A stretch of DNA of 61,485 bases, the filler included, from Rhabdomonas costata (lineage: Eukaryota), in the NCBI GenBank assembly GCA_019059605.1. It is 23 parts of 23 records of this genome, joined end to end, with 100 filler letters (N's around TTAATTAATTAA, not from the genome) between each part and the next. Parts side by side here need not be neighbours in the genome. Positions count along the whole stretch, not along the records: positions 1 to 2,581 come from JAHMHO010002759.1; positions 2,682 to 5,262 come from JAHMHO010002760.1; positions 5,363 to 7,943 come from JAHMHO010002761.1; positions 8,044 to 10,623 come from JAHMHO010002762.1; 19 more parts are not named here. One strand, written 5' to 3'. This document shows, piece by piece, positions 1-10,723 of this stretch (position 1 is its first letter; every line of letters starts with the position of its first letter). Below the pieces are notes generated by a model. The model was not told where the DNA came from and searched no databases. It saw only the letters and a list, made by a program, of their open reading frames with translations. Position numbers and translations under genes: made by a program.

Positions 1-84
1 GTTTTTTGTGCTCAGAAAATGGTGTCAAAATAATATCAGGCAGAGTAGAGGTCGGGCGAGGCTCGGAACATTAGGCAAGACTGG

Positions 85-120
85 GTCTTTGTCTTTGTCT
101 TTGTCTTTGTCTTTGTCTTT
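85..120 (+). repeat. (GTCTTT)6 microsatellite
   Basis: Six perfect hexamer copies read directly. Confidence 0.95.
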
Positions 121-401
121 GTGTGCGTCATGCGAGATTGAATTAGAGCTTGTTCCGCTGCGTGCCCCCCCCCCCCGTGCCTGATTTAACTGGTGTGAGG
201 GACCTTAAAACCACCATTCCGATTGCCTCACGCTTGCTTTAAAGTCCAGGGATGAGTTTTTCGGCATCCCAGAATAATTCCTCGTATCCCTGGTGAAGCC
301 CGCGGCAGAATAATCACTCTCTTCATGACCGCGATTGGAAGGCTTTCCTGATTTATATAGCCCACTTCCGTGCTTCGCCCAACCTCTGTGCTCTTCTTCA
401 G

Positions 402-1732
402 GACTACAGCGATGTTCTTGCCCTTTTGGTGCGGTACCCCCCGTACGTGGAGTGGCTGAGCCCCTCTGACCTCTCCGTGCTGTGCACCACCCTCTGTGCC
501 TTCGCCACGGACTGTGCCGGGCTTTACCCCGCGCAGCCGCAGCGATACTCCGCCATGTTGGGCCAGTCCCTCTCCGCTCTGGCCTGCACCCTGACCCAGG
601 CCCGCCCTCAGCTTCCGTACTGCCCTGGCCTCGCAGCATTCGCTGAGGCCACAACGGCGGCGCTCTGCGGGGTGCTGGAACGGTTTGGGGCCTCCTCGGG
701 CACCCCTGCGGATGGGGTTGGGCCTGTCCCGCTCAGCAGGGAGCGGGTGCAGCTGCCTGCACTGCGGGCGGTGAATGCGCTTCTGGCGGCGGTGGGGCAT
801 GAATGCGCGGAGGTACTGCCGGCCATGGTGGATCCTATTTTGGGTATGTCGATGTTGTCGTTGGCCCGCAGTAAAGTTTCCACCCAGAGCTTCCCTTGCC
901 TGCTTTTTTTGTATCCCAAGTACAGAACCACGCACACACCTCGCTCAGCTCTCGTGCCTTAAATGTAGAGTGGTGTGAACCGATGGCGCCCGTTGCTGCA
1001 TTCTTTATACCAGTTATGTTGTGTCTAACTGGAGCTCTCGTTACCTTTGGGGGATTGAAGGACAAAACCCTTTCTGTTGAAATCTTCAAAAAGTCCAATC
1101 ACATCTGCGCACCTCTATATCTTGCCTTTTGGGACGGACACCATCGCTCCCCTCTGTCCTTCACTGTTTCTCAGCGCGTCTTCGCGTGCAGGTCACTCAT
1201 TCTCATTGCACTCCCACCTTTTTTGTGGTCTTCAAAAGCAGCGCAGCCCTTTCAGTCCTGTTTGCGCCGGAAAGACCCTTGGAACCCCAAGGCGAATAAA
1301 AAACTATTGACATCAGGAGGCCTGTAAACTTCATGCGGACCTTTCCACAGATGAGATGTGGTAGGGCTGATGTTTGTAGTGCGGTTCACGACAATGCCTT
1401 ATTGCCTTATCGGCGAGTGTCTCCTCACCGACCTCGCAGGCCACACTCAGGCTGCTCCGGCCTACCGTGTGCTGCGGGTGCCTGCGGTGCTTGCGCAGGC
1501 CCCTGGCCGCAGTGACGCCTTCCGGGCTGAGGTGGTGGAGCACCTTCGGGTGCGTGTCGGGCTGCAGTGCTGGGCCCTTGGCCCTCTGCACACTGCAGGG
1601 GGTCCTGCCGCGTTGGGAGGGCCGCGGGAAATTCCCTGTGAGGAGCTGGGAGTCCTGTATCAGGGCTTGGTAGAGTGGATCGACCACCCCCCGCTTTACA
1701 AGACCACTCCCCCCTACGAGGTTTGGCTTTGG
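402..1732 (+). CDS. Partial spliced gene, possibly the N-terminal (TAN-region) part of an ATM/Tel1 PIKK
   Basis: Exon 402-843 (cag|GAC..TTG G|gtatgt) joins in phase 1 to an exon starting at 1365 (tag|GG CTG) and ending near 1720-1732. DYSDVLALLVRYPPYVEWLS resembles the DY..L..LL..P.HVE.L motif I recall from fungal Tel1. Family call is tentative. Confidence 0.45.
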
Positions 1733-2581
1733 GTGAGGGTGGGATTGCATCGTTGATGGAACGCGCAGCTCGGTCGCTTCTTCAGTTGGTCCATCTGTCT
1801 TCACGAAGCAAAGAGGAGTCTTGTTGGGAAATTTTTCTGCGCAGTTCCTGGACTTACCTTGAATAACGTAATAACGTGTGGTGGTCTCGGCGGGCGCGAT
1901 CGCTCACCTTTGGCGGCGCGTCACCATCACATTTTACGCGCCGACGTGGCGCAACTTTTCCGAATGACTCTGTCGTGGCTCTGTTCTTCCTTTCTGAATC
2001 ATTGAATCATTGTCGTGAATAACTGTCCACTGTGCTTTTTCAAAGTCTGCTGCAGCTGGGATTACTTTATCAATCAAAGCAATGTTACTTACTTGATATC
2101 GTGCCTAATTCGAATCTTATCCACTCCATACTTAATCTCGTTCCTATTAGGCCGAGGAACGCGGAGGGGAGCATGGGCGCTTGCAGGCGTTTGTGGAGCT
2201 TGCCTCGCGGACCTTCTTCCTGGTCCAACGCTTCCTTGCTCGGCCGTCATCTGGGGGTAGTCCAGCTGCCGCACCACCCGGTGTGTGGTTTTCCACCTTT
2301 TTCTCCTCCTCCGTTTTTGCTCATTTTTCGGCGATTTTTTTATTGCCGGATCTTATCCAGCTTTTTGCAAGCAAATTCCCTGGCACCGAAGATCACAGAT
2401 GTCATTCAAAGAGTCCTCTGAACGACAACTCTTTGGGACTCTTTGGGGTAAAGCTTACTGAAATTGAGCTGGCAACCCCTTCGCCGCCACACAGTCCTGT
2501 GGTACGTGCTCCCATCTTCTTCTTCCCGAGCATTAACCACTTCATTCCCGCAGGCGATGCTCCACCCCCGAAGCGAGGCCG

Positions 2582-2681
2582 NNNNNNNNNNNNNNNNNNN
2601 NNNNNNNNNNNNNNNNNNNNNNNNNTTAATTAATTAANNNNNNNNNNNNNNNNNNNNNNNNNNNNNNNNNNNNNNNNNNNN
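2582..2681. other. Artificial contig-joining spacer, first of 22 identical copies
   Basis: 44 N + TTAATTAATTAA (stops in all six frames) + 44 N. The other copies start at 5263, 7944, 10624, 13304, 15984, 18663, 21342, 24019, 26696, 29374, 32047, 34721, 37398, 40075, 42752, 45429, 48105, 50783, 53460, 56135 and 58811, each 100 bp. Confidence 0.99.
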
Positions 2682-4734
2682 AGCAGCGTAGGGGGCGCCG
2701 GGCGCGTCCTCGTGGGTCCGCAAGGGGGTGCGCTGGGACCCCAGCACTCCCTCTGTAAAGAACCCACAAGAAAAAGAAGCGGACCCAAAATAATACCTCC
2801 CCCCGCCTTCATCCCGAGTAATGTAATGTAGAGTAATGTAATGTTTTGACTTACTGTTTGACAACTGTGGGACTGGCGCGTGCACTCCTGATAACTTGAA
2901 GCAGCCCCACCATATACCACACGGACATGAACACCCGTAGGCCATGACCCCATGATATCCAGACAACATCTAACCGAAGCAGGGAGCGAAAAAGGAGGAA
3001 ACACGCACCAGCGACGTGAAGCCAGGTTCGACACCTTGCAGGCTTTGCGGAACTCCCGCCGCGCAGTTCCGCGGAGGTGCTCTCCGCGGCAAGGGGCAAA
3101 GGCTCAGGGTCAACGCCCTCTCCCTCTCCGCGAGAGCAGCCCCACCCAGAACGCTCTTCCGAAGTCCACGCTGAGCTCACGCCCGTGGAAGGCTCCCCCT
3201 CGCGCTCAGAAGGCTCTTCCTGAGGGCGACTGGAACTGGACCCGCCCTTGTGGCCGCGACCCCTTCGAGTGGCTTTGGCGTTGGGATTGAACAAGTCATG
3301 CGTCCATCTTCCCTTGGCTTGTCCCCCACCCAAGAAAACAAGAAACCGCGGGGTGGTGCCAGGGCGGGGTATTACATCAAATTTTTGATGCAAAATTTGC
3401 GTGTTGCAGCAACGGCGCCGACGGACAACTTTATCCTTAATGGAGTCGATCACCCTTGTCCGGGACTGCGTGTATACCCGACTGACGTAAAAGCATTAAT
3501 TAATGATCAATCAATTTAATGGATGAGCGTGGAGGTTTTTTTGCGCTGATCCAATATTTTTCGTCTCGAAAAAAAATCCGGCATTGTTACGATCGATTAT
3601 TCCAAGGTGCAAGGACGCAGGTTTTGGGGACCCGGGGAGGCGGTGAGGAGGGAAGTAATCTGAACCCTTAGATTTTTTTCGCCAAGCACACCGCAAAGAG
3701 AACTAATTGTGAAAGTGGTGGAAAGAGAGGGGTATCAAAACATGACGTGACGACCCTTCGAGAAGCAGTGGTGTAAGTGGTAGAAAAACTCCCCACCCAC
3801 GCACACATACACACATACGCTCAGGGCGCTCAGGATGAGGCTTCCTGAAATAAGAGTAGGGAGGCAGAGAGCAAAGAAAACAGGGAAATGGGCAAAACCG
3901 TAAAAGTAAAAATAGGCGAAAAATAAAAATGAGAAAAATGAGAGCCTGCGCTTACCCTGGGGCGAACCTGGTCTGGTACAAGGTAGCGGTGGCGAAGGCA
4001 GCTTTGATTTATTCATTATGTTTCTGAATGCTGAATGTTTTCGAAAGGGGATAACCACGCAGGAATGATCACAGTCCGAAGCACGGCACAATGCAAAGGG
4101 AAGGGTGATTTGAAGCTTGGAGGAGGAAGAAGTGTTTTCCCTCACAATAAGGAGAAAAGGAAATGAAGCAGGAAAGCAAACATACAGCGCCAATTCTTTC
4201 GGAAGAGGACGACCGCGGTCATCATGAAGAAAGTAGTATCCAGATGAAGGGACGTATTCGATCGGCTCTTCGCCGCGACTCTGCTGGAAAACACACACCA
4301 ACAGAACAACTGCCCCTCCCTGGATTGGAGTCCAACAGCGTTAGTATGTCAAGGCAATTTCGGTCGGTTACTCAATGTTCCAACAAAGAAAGGAAGCAAA
4401 AAAATGGAAAAAAAAAACTGCCACAACACTCACCTTGTCGTACAAAGTGTCGCGTTGCTTGAAAGTGTGCTGCTGTTGGCCGGGAGGCTTTTGAGCCCGG
4501 TGAGAGACTCGTGCTTCTCTCTCTTCACTTCCTTGTTCACTGATTGAACTGCGCCGGTGACGTTCACGATCTTGAGAACTGAAAAAAAAAGGTCAAAAAA
4601 CAGTCTCAAGAAAAGTAGTTGCGGGTGGCATTAATCCTCCGTTGGGCGTTGGAAACCCGTCGAGTCCGTGAACACCAACGCCCGATCATTTGGACTGAGT
4701 GTCAGCTCCTTCCAGCCGGTCAGCTCTTCAAACA

Positions 4735-5262
4735 ATGGGCGTAAGTATCATCTATCTATCTATCATCATCTATCAATCTACAGCCGCCCCCGGAAATTAG
4801 GAGACTTTTGCTGGCGTGAGAATGGAAGAATATTCCCGTGACGAAGGAAAAGAAGACAAAGAATCGGAGGTGAAATTTAATATATGTACATTTCATGAAA
4901 TAGCTCAGTGTGGTGGGCTTGCGAACACCTTTGCTTTCACAGGTGTCAACAAGCTCCCAGGCTGCAGTGGGAAACACTCCTCCTCGTCGGGGTAAGCTAG
5001 ATGCTTCTCTTACGGAAGCAATTTACGGAGCTTTCTCTCGTGGGATGACGGTGCCTCAAGTGTCGGCGGCTTTTGGGATCAGCAGGGCCACCGCTTTCCG
5101 GTTTCACGCTGAAACCGCCGACGGGACCTTCTCCTACAGTCACCCTGCCCGTCGAGGAAGGAAACCCACTGACCACAGCGCTCACGACGCGGAAGTGGTT
5201 GTCACGGCCTACGACAACACTTTCTCCAAGGAACAGATGGGCAAGCTGCCGACCACCCCAAC
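4735..5262 (+). mobile_element. Tc1/mariner/IS630-like transposase N-terminal helix-turn-helix, truncated by contig end
   Basis: Exon from 4943 (cacag|GTG) encodes LTEAIYGAFSRGMTVPQVSAAFGISRATAFRF...RRGRKP, a paired-like HTH followed by a GRPR-like linker. Possible micro first exon ATG GGC|gtaagt at 4735-4740. The DDE domain is not in the contig. Confidence 0.55.
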
Positions 5263-5363
5263 NNNNNNNNNNNNNNNNNNNNNNNNNNNNNNNNNNNNNN
5301 NNNNNNTTAATTAATTAANNNNNNNNNNNNNNNNNNNNNNNNNNNNNNNNNNNNNNNNNNNNA

Positions 5364-5842
5364 GTCCGCGGCCTCGACCTCCGGGGCGGCGATGTCATCG
5401 GCGTGGAGGTCATCCAGGTTCTCCGCCTGGGTTGCAAAAAGTGTATGCCCCCCTTCCCGCAAGGCGCTCCACGGATATGTTACCTTTCGCAGTGTGCGAA
5501 ATACGGCAATTAGATCTCAGGGTGCGGCTCCTCAACTCCACTGTCCTGCTGTTCGGAGCTGGAGGCAGGGGAGGCAGGGACAGGGCTCTACTGAAATGTT
5601 GCTGTGCTGGAAAGGAGCAATTTTGTACATGTTCAATGACAGTGTATAACCAAACAAAGGAAGACCTGACGCTGAAGAGTGACCATAGTCTGCTGAGCGC
5701 GCTCGCTGGACTGTCTGGTCTGCAGTGGGCAGGAGCTGGACAGCATCGCCCTCATTCCCGAGGCCCATGCCGCTGACGTTGCCGAAGAGGTCAGAAACAG
5801 TCTCGAGGCCCTGCTAGACACCACCCTCACGGACCTCTGCAG
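5364..5842 (+). CDS. Hypothetical protein, two internal exons
   Basis: 5364-5417 (VRGLDLRGGDVIGVEVIQ|gt) and 5733-5842 (ag|ELDSIALIPEAHAADVAEEVRNSLEALLDTTLTDLC|gt) join in frame with GC3-rich codons. No family recognised. Confidence 0.35.
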
Positions 5843-8800
5843 GTCCGCAGCCCCCTGAAGGGCTCGGGCGGCCCCCTCAGGGGAGTGGGCCTGCTGGCGC
5901 TGCCGCACCCGTCGCAGCCACTCCGCGGAGGTCTGTGCCGTGCTGAAGAAGCGGGGAGCAGGGGGAGCTGCCGCTGCCTCAGCGGAGGAGTCGGAAAGGG
6001 AAGGCGCTGGATAGCCACGCCAAAGGATGTCCGAGGCTCGTTATCACTGACACTATAATATCATAAACGACACCAGCGGGCGCTGAGCCCATGAAGGGCT
6101 GGAATCCATTGCATATTCCTGAAACGCTGTGGGGCTTCTTCTAAACAAACTCAATTTGACCTGTGGGGGAGTCAGGTATGTCAATGTTTCAAGGTAAAGT
6201 TCTCGCACAAGATGGGGGGCTCCAAAACTCATCCAATGTAAATCATGCTGATGTTCTCAAGCGTTTATTCTCCGGTTACTCCGGTTTCGAGTTAGGGCTC
6301 AGTCACAACCATGTGTGGAGTCGAGTGGCACATTATCTGTTAAGCCGGCTCTTGTTCTGCTGTGACCAAGCCACACAGCGCTTTTGCCGCCGCTGGGAGG
6401 CGTCAAGGGCTGAATTTTCTGCAAAAAGGAAGGAAACGTGCAGTTTCCGCAGCTTCTGCATTTTCTAGCGATGTCATCAACCCATCCTATGGGTGACGGA
6501 GCCCCTGTTATTGTCATGAATCACGTAACTCACATGAATGCGCGAGTGGTGGGGTCCAGAAGAAACACCTGATCCAATTTTGCCTCTTCTTTGGCTGGAT
6601 AAGCCTGGAGATACACCTTCCTGCTGTGGTTTGATGCTTTTCCGCAATTACCGCGTATTCCATTAACGAAACCTTTCCAAAGGCTCCTCCGACACCAGCC
6701 TTCTCACTAGTTTTTAAGGACCCTGATGCGAAGCAAAGTTCTACGGGGAAGTCACAACAACACAGACCTCAACAGCTTCCGATTGGTTAGCTTTGGAGCC
6801 ATTTGTCTGCTTTCGGGCATCTCTTCCTTACTTTCTAGGTTGCACCTTTATTTCTTTTTTATGATTTTACTCTCGTTTGCTTCCTGGCAACACTGTGAAC
6901 GTTGCCGTTTGGACGTACCGAAACGCGCTTCCTGTTCGGGGTAAACAGGTTTGGATGCTTTCTGCCACAGAAGGACCCCTCGGTGTTTCAGACGGTTGCA
7001 ATTCAACCGTGCAACTCTGCATCTAGAACCGATGTGTAAACAGACGTGGTGATATATTCCATTTATGTGGAGGACATTTCGGATATCTCTCTGCGGCAAA
7101 GCACAGCCCCGCCAGAAGGCTGAAGGAGTGGGAGGACGAGCGCCAGGATTTGAGACGCTACGCGGTTGCGCCAATGGGTTGGAGTCGGGGTGCGAAGTCC
7201 GAGACGAGGGGTTCAAAATCTGGGAGATGATTGCCAACTGCTGAGACTGCGCTTCTGCTTGAGGCTGGGCTTCCATTGTTATTAAGGGAGTAGTGGGAGT
7301 AAGCTGCAGATCAGACACAGAAGAGACATATGTGATACCTCAGGCAACGCAACTGAGCTAACTCTCTCACTCACACAGCTGGCACGCATCCCCCCCAGTG
7401 CATCCAGCCCTGTGGAGATGGTGCAGAACCAAGGTGTTTGACGAATATCACCCTTCGCAAGTGTAAACTATGCGTACGTATGGGTGTGCGTAGGGGTACG
7501 GAGGCAGTGGCGATTCCAAATCAAAATCTCTGAAAGGAACGTGAGAGCACCGACGTGGCATGCACGCCCTTCCGTCATGACGAACTCAAAATCAACGCTT
7601 TTCTTTTTGGCAAAAGGCATGAAAAACACCGTGGGTGAGTGGTAACACTTACCACTGGTAACTGGTAACGGTTCCCAGTGGCGACAAGTTTATTAATGGG
7701 GGCATGTTTCAGAAACAGTTATAAAAGGCCCCCCAGGTCACGTTCCCGCTCCGGCCGCGTGGTGGACTAACCTTCGCCCCTAATCTAATGCTCTACTCGT
7801 CCGCCCATATCACAGCCATCAGCCATTGGCGAGTCCTTAACAAGCAGAAGTTTTCAGCTGCTAAGCAAAAACAATCATATGCCTAACCCCCTAACACCAA
7901 AATAAACCTAAGCCTAGTCACACCCCGAAATCGAGAACTTAGTNNNNNNNNNNNNNNNNNNNNNNNNNNNNNNNNNNNNNNNNNNNNTTAATTAATTAAN
8001 NNNNNNNNNNNNNNNNNNNNNNNNNNNNNNNNNNNNNNNNNNNTTGTTTATTGTCCAATGGTCCACAAGACAGAGAAACAGAGAAGCAGAGAAAGAGAGA
8101 GAGCCGCGAAAATATTGTGCTCATGCAGAAAAAGTCGGGGGGGGGGATTCTGCTCTTTCTGCAAAATTCTTGCATCACTTTGCTAAAGAGCCCCGCGAAG
8201 ACCCAACGCCAGTATTTCACGTTGTCTGCGCATCCAACTGAAATTGTGCTCGCGTGTTTCATGTGGTGGGCGCCAAAAAATGAAGTGCTCGGAATCAGCG
8301 GAAAAGATCTACCCGCAGGTAACGCGAAGCGATAGGCTGCTGTTCCTTGAGACGCCCCGGGTGAGTGGGAGGACAAGGCCAGCAGGGGGACCGCGCGAGA
8401 GGGCTGTGAAATTCACGAAAAAGATAACGAAGAAGATTTTTCGCGATTCGAACATTTTTCCTTGAAGTGCAAATCAACATTTTTAAATTTTGCATCTCAA
8501 ACGTATTCAACCCAGGCGCCAACATGCAGCATCCCAAAAAAAATGTTCGAGAAAAACACAGTCCAGAGAGCTGACTGTCGGATATTGACCCATAAACCTG
8601 ATATTTTGCGCTGCACCCGGAAAGGTCCGACAATTTTCTTGATGAAAACACCCGCTATCTACTTCATCGCAACTCTCTTTTTTGTGGTAGTCACAGGGTG
8701 ACAGCCGCCACGGAGTAAAATTCCGGTTCCGGTTCCTGCACAAAACGGAAACCAAAGCAAAAAAAACCACAAAAAAAACTGGAGCATATCCGAAATCATA

Positions 8801-9426
8801 CTCCAGAGGAAGGGGTGACAACACCAGCGCAAATACACGCCCAAACAAGCGAAATAACAATATCTCGATCGGTACAAACCCTTGGGCTCGGAAGAAACTT
8901 CTCGTCGCCATCCTTCAGGTGCACGGGGCGAAAACGATCGTGGGTTTTCATCAAATCCTAAAGAGGAGCAACTCCACTCCAAACACACAAACACTGGAAC
9001 CACAAAAAAACAGCGAGCACTTTCCAGCAAAGTCCGTTCGTCCCTGGAAGGAGTGCTCCTCAGGAAAAGTCGGGTCGCGAATGGGAAACGCGGCTGACAA
9101 AGGAGACGCGCTCTCCGACAATATATAACCTTCACCATCACAGTATCGCCTGAATCACGCGGTCTTCAGAACAAGCGCAGACAATCGAACACCCAAGATC
9201 ACTCTCTCCATTTACTGCACCTGGTCACTGCCCGAATACACAACGGACATTCCTTCTCAGCGCTGATCCCTTTCTGATCCCGATTGCTTCCCACTGCAGA
9301 TGCATTTTGTCATTCTCATTCCAGTTCACCAGTGCTTTTGGGCCTTCAAGTGTTTCACATTATCGAGACTGGCGTACACTATAAATTCGATATTGTCGTT
9401 GATTCAAACCTGATAAAGCCAAAAAG

Positions 9427-10480
9427 TCACGCGAACAGGGACTGGCCGAAATGCCGGGAGGGGGGGGGGGATGGAAACGCCTGCCGCTGCAGAGGCACAT
9501 GAAACCAATCACAAGCACTGAAGCACCAAAAGGTCAACAGCATGTACATCACACACACATATAGCCCGACCGGTATACAGAAAAAACCAATTGCACACGT
9601 GACGATGGCTGCCCACTGAGAGACGGGCAAAAGCACATCAAAGTGAACCAAAAGCTCAAGGCGAGATGCTGAGACGAACAAAGGTGAACGGTAACCAAAC
9701 AAAACACATACGAATGCAGAGACATACAGAGACGCACCTCTGGGGTGAGGAAACCCACGCCTTGGACGCTGCCGCGCCGGGGGCGGCAACCCCGAAGCAA
9801 ACCAGCCACAGGGCTGCCCACCGCACGAAGTGCGCCCTCGTCGCCCTTGCGGTACCTCGCGGGGCGGCCCCCCTCGTGCTGCCGCAGCACCTCATCGGCA
9901 TCCACGAAGCCCACGCACAGGAATAGCTGCGGAGGAACATTCCCACCATTAGACACCCACCTCTTTCGGTTGCACAGCAGAGTGATGGTGTAAAGCTTTC
10001 TTTTGTGAAGTGAAAAATATACGGCATACAGTTATGTCCTCAGGTTTGTTCAGCTGAGTGGGCAAGAATGCGAAAAAAAAACGGGAATACGAGCGGGAAG
10101 GGGGAGAGGGAGGAAAAAGTGTAATTAAGACAATGAATTCGCGGGGTGAGGTGAGGTGAAATAATTCGTGAGTATGCAAAAGAGGTGTGCATGGGTGCGT
10201 GGGGCGTTGGGGGAGCTGACAGGGGGAGAACAGGTGTGAAGGATGAGCTCTTTAGACTCCTTTCGCCAACCCAGAAAACTTTCTCTTTCATTGCGAAAGG
10301 TTCGGACACCCCCCATAATATACCAAACAAAAGCAGAAACTAATCATTATTTTCGACCATCAGAAAGCAGAAGGTCGCCCACATAGTCAAAAAAGTGATT
10401 GGCACCTTTCCCGGTTCACCCCCGAGGGAGTCGTCCGTGGTGTTTTCCGAAAACGAACTGGACTTGGAGAAGGAGCGCAG
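9427..10480 (-). CDS. Hypothetical protein, 3' exons
   Basis: Exons 10480-10406, 9926-9738 and 9486-9427 have GT-AG borders, all phase 0, and end at TGA. No family recognised. Confidence 0.45.
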
Positions 10481-10723
10481 CTGAAGCACAGAGGGAAAAC
10501 GCCAAACACGCCAACTGGACAATGGAAGCAAGAGAAGAACAGCGCACGCCCCCCCCCCTCCGTTCAGGGAGGGTCAACCGAAGAGCCAGCCTTCAAACAC
10601 CATCAGTTACTGCAGCGGTCAAGNNNNNNNNNNNNNNNNNNNNNNNNNNNNNNNNNNNNNNNNNNNNTTAATTAATTAANNNNNNNNNNNNNNNNNNNNN
10701 NNNNNNNNNNNNNNNNNNNNNNN

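Noticed and set aside
5522..5565. VRLLNSTVLLFGAGG as a ThiF/E1 nucleotide-binding motif
   Set aside because: No downstream ThiF motifs, and a simpler GT-AG model places this stretch inside an intron.
7880..7915. CCTAACCCCCTAAC as a telomere
   Set aside because: Only two or three degenerate units, not a terminal array.
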